From positions 64,740 to 128,739 of the forward strand of contig JAHDYJ010000002.1 in assembly GCA_023383795.1 (NCBI GenBank): a DNA stretch of 64,000 nt, given 5' to 3'. Positions 37,197 to 45,856 of the stretch are shown here, in pieces (the stretch's first letter is position 1; every line of letters begins with the position of its first letter). The notes beneath the pieces were generated by a model. It worked only from the letters and a program-made list of their open reading frames with translations, ran no database searches and was not told the DNA's origin. A program made the translations under genes and the position numbers. The DNA is from Burkholderiales bacterium. GTDB lineage: Bacteria > Pseudomonadota > Gammaproteobacteria > Burkholderiales > SG8-39.

Positions 37197-40151
37197 TCAT
37201 GCCTTCTCGATCTGGCAGACCGTGGTCTTCGTTTCCTGCATCATCGTGACCGAGTCGTAGCCGTAGGTCGTGGCGGTGTTCACCGCCTCGCCGCGCACGA
37301 TCGGCGCCGCGCCGTCCGGATAGAAAGGCAGCATGTCCTTGCCCTGCCACCAGCCCGAGAAGTGGAACGGGACGAACGCGTGGTCGGGTCCGACCCGCTC
37401 GGTCACGAGCGCCTTCACCTTCAGGCGAGCGCCGCTCGGCGTCTTGACCCAGACGTAGTCGCCGTTGCGGATGCCGCGGTCGTTGGCCGCCTTCGGGTTG
37501 ATCTCCACGAAGTTGTCCTGCTGCAGCTCGGCGAGCCACGGGTTGGAGCGCGTCTCCTCCCCGCCGCCCTCGTACTCGACGAGTCGCCCGCTGGTAAGGA
37601 TGATCGGGAACTCCTTGCCGATGTCCTTGTACTTCTGCTGCACGCTCTTGAAGAGCGTCGGCAGGCGCCAGAACGCGCGCTTGTCGTCGTGCGTCGGGTA
37701 CTTGTCGACGAGGTCCGCCCGGATGCCGAACAGCGGCTCGCGGTGCAGCGGGACGCCGTCGGGGAAGTTCCACACCACCGCACGCGCCTTGGCGTTGCCG
37801 AACGGGTAGCAGCCGTGGTTCTTCATCGCCACCCGGATGATGCCGCCCGACAGGTCGGTCTTCCAGTTCTTGCCCTCGGCCTCCTTCTGCTCCTCGGGCG
37901 TGAGCTCGTCCCACCAGCCGAGCTTCTTGAGGAAGACATGGTCGAACTCCGGATAGCCGGTGGTGATGTCCGCGCCCTTCGAGTGCGAGCCGTCCTCGGC
38001 GAGGAGATTCACGCCGTCGCGCTCGACGCCGAAGTTCGCGCGGAAGTTGCCGCCGCCGTCCATCACGTGGAGATGCGTGTTGTAGAGGTTGGGCGTCCCG
38101 GGATGCTTGAGCTCGGCGTTGCCCCAGCACGGCCACGGCAGGCCGAAGTAGTCGCCGTCGAGCTTGTAGCCGGTCTCCTTGTCGATCCCGCCCCTGGCGC
38201 GCAGCGACTTCACGTCGAAGACGTGCATGTTGCGCATGTGCGCCTTCAGCCGCTCGGGCGACTGGCCGCTGTAGCCGATCGTCCAGGTGCCGCGGTTCAG
38301 CTCGCGCAGGATGTCCTCGATCACCGGCTCGCCGTTCGCGACCTGGATGTTCTGCTTGCCGTCCTTCTTGCCGACCAGCTGGTCGGCGAAGCCGAGCTTC
38401 TCGGCGAGCAGGTACATGATCGTGTGGTCTGGCTTCGATTCGAACACCGGGTTGATGACCTTCTCGCGCCACTGGATGGAGCGGTTCGAGGCGGTCACCG
38501 AGCCCGAGGTCTCGAACTGCGTCGCCGCCGGCAGCAGATACACGTCGCGGTTCTTGTTGAGGTCGGCCGGGTCGCCGGGCATCGCCGCCATCGCCGCGGT
38601 GGCCGACGGATACGGGTCGATCACCACCAGCAGGTCGAGCTTGTCCATCGCCTTCTTCATCTCGAGCCCGCGCGACTGGCTGTTCGGCGCGTGGCCCCAG
38701 TAGAAGACGCCGCGCAGGTTCGGATCCTGGTCGATGTTCTCGTTCTTCTCCATCACGCCGTCGATCCACCGCGACACCGTGATCCCCGCCTTGCTCATCA
38801 TCCCGGGCGCGTAGCGGCCCTGCAGCCACTTGAGGTCGACGTTCCAGACCCGTGCCCAGTGCGCGAACGATCCCGGGGCGATGCCGTAGTAGCCGGGCAG
38901 CGAGTCCGGGTTCGGGCCGACGTCGGTCGCGCCCTGCACGTTGTCGTGGCCGCGGTAGATGTTGGCGCCGCCGCCGGACACGCCGATGTTGCCGAGCGCG
39001 AGCTGCAGGATGCAGGAGGCGCGCACCATCGCGTTGCCGATCGTGTGCTGGGTCTGGCCCATGCACCAGATGATCGAGCTCGGCCGGTTCGTGGCGAACA
39101 TCTCGGCCACGCGCTTCATCTGCTCCGGCGGCACGCCGGCCACGCGCTCGACCTCTTCGGGCGTCCACGTCTTGAGCACTTCTTCCCTGACCTTGTCCAT
39201 GCCGTAGACGCGGTCGTTGATGTACTTCTTGTCCTCCCAGCCGTTCTGGAAGATGTGCCACAGCAGGCCGAACAGGACCGGAACGTCGGTGCCGGAGCGG
39301 AACCGCACGTATTCGTCGGCCTTCGCCGCGGTGCGCGTGAAGCGCGGATCGCAGACGATAACCTTGGCGCCGTTCTCCTTCGCGTGCAGCGTGTGCAGCA
39401 GCGAGACCGGATGCGCCTCGGCGGCGTTCGACCCGATGAACAGCAGGCACTTCGAGTTCTGCTCGTCGTTGTACGAGTTGGTCATCGCACCGTAGCCCCA
39501 GGTGTTGGCCACGCCCGCGACCGTGGTCGAGTGGCAGATGCGCGCCTGGTGGTCGGTGTTGTTGGTGCCCCAGAGCCGGACCCACTTGCACAGCAGGTAA
39601 GACTGCTCGTTGTTGTGCTTGGACGAGCCGACGAAGTACAGCGCGTCGGGGCCCGACTCCTCGCGCAGCTTCAGCATCTTCTTCGAGATCTCGTCGAGCG
39701 CCTGGTCCCACGAAATGCGCTGGTACTTGCCGTTCACCAGCTTCATCGGGTACTTCAGCCGGTGCGAGTGCTCGGTCATGCCGTGCTCGCGCACCGACGC
39801 GCCCTTGGCGCAGTGCGCGCCGAGGTTGAGCGGCGAGTCGAACACCGGCTCCTGGCGCACCCACACGCCGTTCTGCACCACCGCGTCGATCGCGCAGCCG
39901 ACCGAGCAGTGCGTGCACACCGTGCGCCTGACCTCGATCTTGCCGCCGTCGGCGGCCTTCTTCTCCTGCGCCTCGGCCTTGCCGATCATGCTGAACGGCA
40001 GCTGGCTCGCGAACGCGCCCGCTCCCACCGCCACGCCGGAGCGCTTCAGGAACGCGCGCCGGTCGATCGTCTTGCCCAGCGCACCGGCCAGGCTGCGCGT
40101 CAGGCGGGACTGGCCGGCCGGAGCGCTCGAAGACTTTCTCGTCAGCAACAT
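37197..40151 (-). CDS. fdhA: Formate dehydrogenase catalytic (alpha) subunit, molybdo/tungstopterin, TAT-exported, Cys-type
   Basis: 984 aa from MLLTRK, with GAGGAGG upstream. Twin-arginine motif DRRAFLKRSG and Fe-S motif CTHCSVGC. The active-site segment ARICHSTTVAG has Cys where selenoenzymes have Sec. Confidence 0.9.
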   Translation of the reverse strand: MLLTRKSSSAPAGQSRLTRSLAGALGKTIDRRAFLKRSGVAVGAGAFASQLPFSMIGKAEAQEKKAADGGKIEVRRTVCTHCSVGCAIDAVVQNGVWVRQEPVFDSPLNLGAHCAKGASVREHGMTEHSHRLKYPMKLVNGKYQRISWDQALDEISKKMLKLREESGPDALYFVGSSKHNNEQSYLLCKWVRLWGTNNTDHQARICHSTTVAGVANTWGYGAMTNSYNDEQNSKCLLFIGSNAAEAHPVSLLHTLHAKENGAKVIVCDPRFTRTAAKADEYVRFRSGTDVPVLFGLLWHIFQNGWEDKKYINDRVYGMDKVREEVLKTWTPEEVERVAGVPPEQMKRVAEMFATNRPSSIIWCMGQTQHTIGNAMVRASCILQLALGNIGVSGGGANIYRGHDNVQGATDVGPNPDSLPGYYGIAPGSFAHWARVWNVDLKWLQGRYAPGMMSKAGITVSRWIDGVMEKNENIDQDPNLRGVFYWGHAPNSQSRGLEMKKAMDKLDLLVVIDPYPSATAAMAAMPGDPADLNKNRDVYLLPAATQFETSGSVTASNRSIQWREKVINPVFESKPDHTIMYLLAEKLGFADQLVGKKDGKQNIQVANGEPVIEDILRELNRGTWTIGYSGQSPERLKAHMRNMHVFDVKSLRARGGIDKETGYKLDGDYFGLPWPCWGNAELKHPGTPNLYNTHLHVMDGGGNFRANFGVERDGVNLLAEDGSHSKGADITTGYPEFDHVFLKKLGWWDELTPEEQKEAEGKNWKTDLSGGIIRVAMKNHGCYPFGNAKARAVVWNFPDGVPLHREPLFGIRADLVDKYPTHDDKRAFWRLPTLFKSVQQKYKDIGKEFPIILTSGRLVEYEGGGEETRSNPWLAELQQDNFVEINPKAANDRGIRNGDYVWVKTPSGARLKVKALVTERVGPDHAFVPFHFSGWWQGKDMLPFYPDGAAPIVRGEAVNTATTYGYDSVTMMQETKTTVCQIEKA

Positions 40152-40167
40152 GATGACTCCTCCTCGG

Positions 40168-40365
40168 TCAGACCTTGGTGGTCTCGTAGTAGCGGCGCAC
40201 GTGCTCGGTGAGCTGGTAGCCCTTCCGCTTCTTGTCGCCGGCACCGGCGGCCGCGTCCTGCGCCTGCGGCACCGTCTTCGCGGCGATCGCCGCGACCGTC
40301 GCGGCGCTGCCCGCGCCAGCCGCAAGCAGGAACTTCCGGCGTGAGAGTTTCGCTTTCTCGCTCAT
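40168..40365 (-). CDS. TAT-signal mini-protein (formate dehydrogenase region TAT target family)
   Basis: 65 aa: MSEKAKLSRRKFLLAAGAGSAATVAAIAA, followed by a short basic tail. Confidence 0.65.
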   Translation of the reverse strand: MSEKAKLSRRKFLLAAGAGSAATVAAIAAKTVPQAQDAAAGAGDKKRKGYQLTEHVRRYYETTKV

Positions 40366-40405
40366 GGTTGGTCTCCTTCCGAGCACGTCTGTCAGAGCTG
40401 CATCC

Positions 40406-41047
40406 CTACAGCATTTCGAACGATTCGACTTCCACGTCCAGGAAAGCCCTGGCGAAGCGCGCGACCGCGCGGTAGTAGTTCGCCGCGTCGCACGCTTCCA
40501 CGGCCGCGCACAGCGCGGGATAGCTGCCGCGCAGGTAGCGGTCGAAGAACAGCCGCTGGTCGAGCAGCGCCTCCTCGCCGGCGCCGCCGTCGACGATCAG
40601 CAGCCGCATCACGTCGCACAGTCCGGCGAAGTGGTCCTCCGGCTCGCCGGCGCCGTCGGCGCGGGCGAACCCCATCGCGTCGAGCTCGTCGCGCAGGCCC
40701 GCGAGCAGCTTCTCGCGGCCGGTTTCGACCAGGTAGTACGAGGCATAGGGAGTGACCGGCGCCTTGCCGGTCCCGACGAAGACCGTGTCGTACTCGGCCC
40801 GCGCCGCCTCGGCGTCGGCCGCCGCCGACGCCGCCACCAGCGCGTTCCAGGCGTCGGCGAGCGACGCACCGCGACCCTCGGGCACGAGCTCGTCGGCGCG
40901 CGCCAGCGCATCGAGCAGCGTCGGGTCGGGCCCGGCGTAGAAGAGCCGCGCGAGCAGCGCGTAGAAGTCCGCGCGCGCCTGTTCCTCGCCGAGCGCGGCT
41001 TGCGACGGCGCGAGCGGTTTTCCCTGGCCGGTCACGGGTGCGTTCAC
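40406..41047 (-). CDS. TorD/DmsD-family redox enzyme maturation chaperone
   Basis: 213 aa with FYALLARLFY and EPEDHFAGL, typical of TorD-like chaperones. Confidence 0.75.
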   Translation of the reverse strand: MNAPVTGQGKPLAPSQAALGEEQARADFYALLARLFYAGPDPTLLDALARADELVPEGRGASLADAWNALVAASAAADAEAARAEYDTVFVGTGKAPVTPYASYYLVETGREKLLAGLRDELDAMGFARADGAGEPEDHFAGLCDVMRLLIVDGGAGEEALLDQRLFFDRYLRGSYPALCAAVEACDAANYYRAVARFARAFLDVEVESFEML

Positions 41048-41054
41048 CGCAGCC

Positions 41055-43139
41055 TCATCTCGCGTCGAAGACGGACACTTCGCCCTTCTTCTCCATCATG
41101 TCGATCACGCGGCAGTCGGCGCACATCATCATGCGGTTCAGCACCGCCTCGCCCTGCCACATCGAGTGGCCGGAGAGCCTGCCGACCATGCTCTCGATCA
41201 TCTGCTTCGTGCCGAACGGCTTGCCGCACTTCACGCAGTTGAACGGCTCGGCGCGGTTGAGCTCGACCTCCTGCTTCGCCTCCGGAGCGAGCAGCAGCCG
41301 CGGCGCGAGCGCGACGGCGTCTTCGGGGCAGGTCGCCGCGCACAGGCCGCACTGCACGCAGTTGCGCTCGATGAACTTGAGGAGCGGCGCGTCGCGCCCG
41401 TCGACCAGCGCCGACTCCGGGCACGCGCCGACGCACGCCATGCACATCGTGCACTTGCCGGCGTCGACCGCGACCCGGCCCCACGGCGCGCCGGCCGGCA
41501 GCGCGATCTCGCGCTGCGGGGTCGGCGCGTGCTTCGCCAGGTGCTCGAGCGCGAACTCGAGCGTCGCGCGCTTGTCGTTCGACAGGTTGAACGTCGCCGC
41601 GCGGGCCGCCGGCTGCGCCGGCGCGAGCGGCCAGAGCGCCTGCGCGAGCTCGCGCGGCGCCTCGGCGCGCACCAGCGCGAAATGCCTGCCCGCGTAGCCG
41701 AGCGCGTTCAGGATCGTCTCGCCGTAGCGCATCTGCGCCTCGATCGCCTGCCCGTACTCGTCGGCCTCGGTGCCCCACGACAGCGCGACGACCTGGCTCG
41801 CACCGTAGGCGATGGCACCGAGCATGGCGTCCAGCCCGACCGACGCGATGTGCAGCACCTCGACCGGGATCACCCGCGCGGGCAGCCCGTCGCCGTGGCG
41901 GGCGAGGCGGGCAACGAGCTCGCGCCCGTCGGTCTGGTTGTGCAGGAGCAGGCACGCGTCTTTGCCGCCCGCGCCGGCGTAGACCGAGAGCAGCGTCTTC
42001 AATCGTGCTCCGAGGTCGCTCATGCGCGGGTACTGGTGCGTCATCGCCCCGGACGGGCACACGGTGGCGCAACCGCCGCAGCCTGCGCAGAGATGCGGAT
42101 CGACGCTCACCTTGTCGCCGGCGCTCGTGATCGCCTGCGTCGAACACACGTCGAGGCACCTGGTGCAGCCGGTCTTCTGCGAGCGGCCGTGCGCGCAGAT
42201 GCGTTCGTTGTAGACGGTGAAGCGCGGCTTCTCGAACTCGCCCACCAGGCGCGCGAGCTGCGCGGCGGCGAGCGCCTGCTCGAGCGGATCGCGCCCCGGC
42301 GCGAGGTAGCCCTGCGGCTTCTGCGGCACCTTGAGGACCGGCTCGGCCGAGAGGTCGAGCACGAGGTCGAAGCGCTCTGCGCGCGCGCGGTCGGTCCGCG
42401 CGAAGTCGATCGCCGCGATCGGACCGCAGGCCTTCACGCACGCGCGATGCGCCTTGCACTTGGCGAGATCGACCTGGTAGTCGAAGCCTATCGCCTGCTC
42501 CGGGCAGGCGGCGATGCACCGGTTGCAGCGGGTGCAGCGCTCGAGATCGATCGGGTTGTCCTGCTCCCACTCGACGGCGAAGGCGCCGAGATGCCCGGCG
42601 AGCGACTTCACGCGTCCGGACCAGATCGGGTAGCGGCGCTCGATCGGCAGCTCCGCGCCGGGCGCGGCGCCGCTCACGAGCACGCTCACGTCCAGCTCGC
42701 CCGCCAACCGCTCGGCCCACGCGATCGCCGCGTCGGCCGGGCCGATCACCAGGAGCGCGCCGCCCGAGCGGTAGGATACGCCCGGCACCGGCTCGGGCTC
42801 GGGAAGCCCGGCGGCGGCGAGCAGCGCGGCGATCTTCGGCGCGGCCTGCGTGGCTTCCCTGGACCATCCCGCGGACTCGCGGATGTTCACGAACCGGAGC
42901 GCGGTCTTCGCGTCCGCCGCTTCGGCGACCTCGGTGAAGAGCGGCGCCTCCTGCGTGCAGGCCACCACGCAGCGCTCCTGCTTCAGGGCCGCCTGGAAGC
43001 TCCCGATCTCCTGCCGGCAGAGCTCGGTGTGGATCTGCGGACGCCGGTCGAGCCCGAGCGCGCGCTGCAACCCGGCCGCGTCGAGCGGCATCGATTTGTT
43101 GCAGTTGCACAATCGGTACGCGTGCGCCTCGCGCGTCAT
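41055..43139 (-). CDS. Large cytoplasmic polyferredoxin (at least six 4Fe-4S-type Cys motifs plus a C-terminal CxxC...CxxC)
   Basis: 694 aa from the ATG at 43139, with GGAGGAG 10 nt upstream. Motifs: CTRCNRCIAACP, CRACVKAC-type, CTRCLDVC, CAGCGGCATVCP, CTMCMACVGACP, CVQCGLCAATCP, CVKCGKPF...CADC. Confidence 0.8.
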   Translation of the reverse strand: MTREAHAYRLCNCNKSMPLDAAGLQRALGLDRRPQIHTELCRQEIGSFQAALKQERCVVACTQEAPLFTEVAEAADAKTALRFVNIRESAGWSREATQAAPKIAALLAAAGLPEPEPVPGVSYRSGGALLVIGPADAAIAWAERLAGELDVSVLVSGAAPGAELPIERRYPIWSGRVKSLAGHLGAFAVEWEQDNPIDLERCTRCNRCIAACPEQAIGFDYQVDLAKCKAHRACVKACGPIAAIDFARTDRARAERFDLVLDLSAEPVLKVPQKPQGYLAPGRDPLEQALAAAQLARLVGEFEKPRFTVYNERICAHGRSQKTGCTRCLDVCSTQAITSAGDKVSVDPHLCAGCGGCATVCPSGAMTHQYPRMSDLGARLKTLLSVYAGAGGKDACLLLHNQTDGRELVARLARHGDGLPARVIPVEVLHIASVGLDAMLGAIAYGASQVVALSWGTEADEYGQAIEAQMRYGETILNALGYAGRHFALVRAEAPRELAQALWPLAPAQPAARAATFNLSNDKRATLEFALEHLAKHAPTPQREIALPAGAPWGRVAVDAGKCTMCMACVGACPESALVDGRDAPLLKFIERNCVQCGLCAATCPEDAVALAPRLLLAPEAKQEVELNRAEPFNCVKCGKPFGTKQMIESMVGRLSGHSMWQGEAVLNRMMMCADCRVIDMMEKKGEVSVFDAR

Positions 43140-43234
43140 GCCGCGCAGTCTCCTCCGGCTCAAATTCGTGACTTATTTAGCACGCCGCGTTCCAGAAACT
43201 GCGGGAACGACGGGAATAAATCGGACCAGATCGC

Positions 43235-43921
43235 CTACCCTGATCTCGCGGGATCCGAGGACGAACCCAGAACTTGGGACGAGTCGGGACATTCTGGGTC
43301 ATTTGCCTCCGTCCGGTCCGAGCGCGCCGACGAGGGCGGCTCGGTGGTCGGACCGGCCTCGGTTTCTTGCAGCGCAACACGGTCCGTGTGCGTTCCTGAC
43401 GTGACGTCCGGCACCTGGTCGGCGGTCGGCTGCGCGTCCCCCGCCTCCGGACGCCGTTCCTCGTCGCCGAACAGCATGTCCTTGGCGTGCTGCAGATTGC
43501 GCAGCATGGCCGTGGGGATCGGGTCGGGTTGCGTGTAATCGTCGATGTAGACGTCGAGCCCGTCCATGCGATTGAAGTGCGGGTCGGCGAAGAGGCGCTT
43601 GAGCGCGGCCCGCCGCGTGCCCTCGTCCACCTCCGGGCGCAGGAAGTCGCGGTACTCGGACTCGAGCCCGCGCAGGGAGTCGAGCGCCGGCAGGTCGGGC
43701 GGCGGACCCTCCACCGGCGCCCCCGCAACCGCTCCCGTGCGCTCGGGGCCGCGCGTCGCGGTTGTGCCCGCATCCGCGTCCGCGCCCGGGCGCGGCGCGC
43801 CGCGGTCCGGGACCTGTGCCGCCGCGGCCGGCAGCGGCTCCTCGAGCGGCTTGCCCGCGCGCGCCGCGGTCTTGCGCCGCGACCAGCGCCCGAGAAACGT
43901 CCCGCCTTCGTCGTCCTTCAT
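43235..43921 (-). CDS. DUF3306 family protein
   Basis: N-terminal FLGRWSRRK and a conserved central block (LDSLRGLESEYRDFL...LKRLFADPHFNRMDGLDVYIDDY). The C-terminal about 60 aa are low complexity, so the true stop is less certain. Confidence 0.65.
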   Translation of the reverse strand: MKDDEGGTFLGRWSRRKTAARAGKPLEEPLPAAAAQVPDRGAPRPGADADAGTTATRGPERTGAVAGAPVEGPPPDLPALDSLRGLESEYRDFLRPEVDEGTRRAALKRLFADPHFNRMDGLDVYIDDYTQPDPIPTAMLRNLQHAKDMLFGDEERRPEAGDAQPTADQVPDVTSGTHTDRVALQETEAGPTTEPPSSARSDRTEANDPECPDSSQVLGSSSDPARSG

Positions 43922-43955
43922 CGCATCTCGTCCGTCGTCGCGCCCTGCACGTGTC

Positions 43956-44426
43956 TCAGCCTTCGCGGCGCGCGCCCTTGAACGACGGCGGCCGGCTGCG
44001 CTTCTTCGGCTCGGGCTTGTAGTGCTCGGCCGCGAACGCCGCCACCCACGGCGCGAGCGACGCGGGCATCGGCACGCCGTCGACGCGCTCGCCGCCGTCC
44101 ATCATCCGCGCGGCCTCGTTGTAGCTCACCGTCACTATGTGAGGGGCGACGCGGCCCTCCTCGTCGCGCCACATCACGAACACGTACGGCGTCGTCGCGC
44201 TCATGTTCAGGTAGTAACCCTCCGCCTCGTCGCGGTAGAGCCGGATCTCGAATCCCGGATGCAGCCAGCGCGCACGCTCGCCGTCCTCGTCGAGCAGCCG
44301 CGGCGTCCTATCCCCCGCCTCAATGTCGGGAATCACCGCGACCGGCGCCCACGCCTCCGACTGCCATCGGTTCGCGAGCACGCGGCGCTCCATGACGACC
44401 GCGACACGCACGCTTGGACGCTCCAT
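43956..44426 (-). CDS. DUF3305 family protein
   Basis: 156 aa (WQSEAW.PVAV..., GFEIRLYRDEAEGYYLN, VTVSYNEAARMMD). First gene of the FDH string. Confidence 0.65.
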   Translation of the reverse strand: MERPSVRVAVVMERRVLANRWQSEAWAPVAVIPDIEAGDRTPRLLDEDGERARWLHPGFEIRLYRDEAEGYYLNMSATTPYVFVMWRDEEGRVAPHIVTVSYNEAARMMDGGERVDGVPMPASLAPWVAAFAAEHYKPEPKKRSRPPSFKGARREG

Positions 44427-44492
44427 CCGTTGCCTCTAGAATACGGGATCGGCAAGGCCTCTATGATGCGCATGGCTTCGCCCCTCGATCAA

Positions 44493-44648
44493 GAACCTAT
44501 CTCGGAATCGCGACAGTGCTTCTTCCGTTGGACCGGATCGCGCGACCAGGGGGGCGAGTCGCCCCTTGCATGTCCCTGAAACGGCAAGGGGCAAGCCCGT
44601 TGCAGGTCCCCTCCGATCACCACCGTGACCCCGTTTTGAGATAGGTTC
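44493..44648 (+). promoter_or_regulatory. Candidate molybdenum-cofactor (Moco) riboswitch in the moaA leader
   Basis: An 11-bp perfect closing stem, GAACCTATCTC (44493-44503) paired with GAGATAGGTTC (44638-44648), encloses about 135 nt with several GC hairpins and a CCUCCGA segment. It ends 7 nt before the moaA ATG. The position is the canonical one for this riboswitch class. Confidence 0.5.
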
Positions 44649-44655
44649 GAGCGTC

Positions 44656-45744
44656 ATGACCGACCGCGTCATCAAGCTCACCGACGTCGGCCGCGTGCAG
44701 CCGGTGCCCCCGGCGCGCGCCGACGATCCATCGCCCGGCGCCGCCGTGCGCGACGGGCGAGCGCGCGCGCTGCGCGACCTGCGCATCTCGGTGACCGACC
44801 GCTGCAACTTCCGCTGCACGTATTGCATGCCGAAGGAGGTGTTCGGCAAGGACTACCCGTTCCTGCCGCACGCGCAGCTGCTGACCTTCGAGGAAATCAC
44901 GCGCCTCGCGCGCATCTTCGTCGGCCACGGCGTCGGCAAGATCCGGCTGACCGGCGGCGAGCCGCTGCTGCGGCGAAACGTCGAGCGCCTGGTCGGGATG
45001 CTCGCCGGCCTGGGCGGCGTGGATCTCACCCTGACGACCAACGGATCGCTGCTCGCCCGCAAGGCGCGCGCCCTGCGCGACGCGGGGCTCAAGCGCATCA
45101 CCGTGAGCCTCGACTCGCTCGACGACCGCGTGTTCCGCGCGATGAACGACGCCGACTACCCGGTCGCGCAGGTCCTCGAGGGGATCGACGCCGCGGAAGC
45201 GGCCGGGCTCGTGCCGGTCAAGATCAACATGGTCGTCAAGCGCGGCGTGAACGACGGCGACGTCCTGCCGATGGCGCGCTTCTTCAAGGGCACCGGGCGC
45301 ATCCTGCGCTTCATCGAGTTCATGGACGTCGGGGCGACCAACGGCTGGCGCATGGACGACGTGGTGCCCTCGGCCGAGATCGTGCGGAAGATCGACGCCG
45401 AGCTCCCGCTCGAACCGGTCGACGCGAACTATCCCGGCGAGGTCGCCGAGCGCTGGCGCTATCGCGACGGCGGCGGCGAGATCGGCGTGATCTCCTCGGT
45501 GACCCAGGCGTTCTGCCGCGACTGCACGCGCGCGCGCCTCTCGACCGAGGGCATGGTCTACACCTGCCTCTTCGCGACCGCGGGCTTCGACCTGCGCGCG
45601 CTCGTGCGCGGCGGCGCTTCCGACGAGGAGATCGGCGCCGCGATCCGGCGCATCTGGCGCGCGCGCGCCGACCGCTACTCCGAGATCCGTACCGCCGCGA
45701 CCGCCGGGCTGCGGAAGATCGAGATGTCTTACATTGGAGGATGA
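44656..45744 (+). CDS. moaA: GTP 3',8-cyclase MoaA (radical SAM)
   Basis: [10 protein letters not shown] radical-SAM motif, GGEPLLR, and C-terminal [13 protein letters not shown] cluster motif. Confidence 0.92.
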   Translation: MTDRVIKLTDVGRVQPVPPARADDPSPGAAVRDGRARALRDLRISVTDRCNFRCTYCMPKEVFGKDYPFLPHAQLLTFEEITRLARIFVGHGVGKIRLTGGEPLLRRNVERLVGMLAGLGGVDLTLTTNGSLLARKARALRDAGLKRITVSLDSLDDRVFRAMNDADYPVAQVLEGIDAAEAAGLVPVKINMVVKRGVNDGDVLPMARFFKGTGRILRFIEFMDVGATNGWRMDDVVPSAEIVRKIDAELPLEPVDANYPGEVAERWRYRDGGGEIGVISSVTQAFCRDCTRARLSTEGMVYTCLFATAGFDLRALVRGGASDEEIGAAIRRIWRARADRYSEIRTAATAGLRKIEMSYIGG

Positions 45745-45856
45745 CGGGTAAACGGTGAACGGTCTGGCGCGGCCGTCGCCGGTTCCCGGCCACCGGCTGC
45801 CGTCGAGGCCCGTCTCACCACTTGCCACTTGCCGTTCACCGACCGTTCACCACACA

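Noticed and set aside
38980-39060. Possible selenocysteine (UGA) in the FDH alpha subunit
   Set aside because: The active-site segment reads ARICHSTTVAG with a TGC Cys codon. The frame has no in-frame TGA and I saw no SECIS-like hairpin.
37182-40211. 1009-aa ORF on the plus strand opposite fdhA. Similar very long antisense ORFs occur at 41166-43538, 26261-28141, 28111-30411, 18616-20079 and 24594-26324.
   Set aside because: These are Arg/Ala/Gly/Pro-rich low-complexity translations typical of stop-codon-poor shadow frames in GC-rich DNA. Each lies opposite a gene with clear family motifs. None has an SD or conserved motifs.
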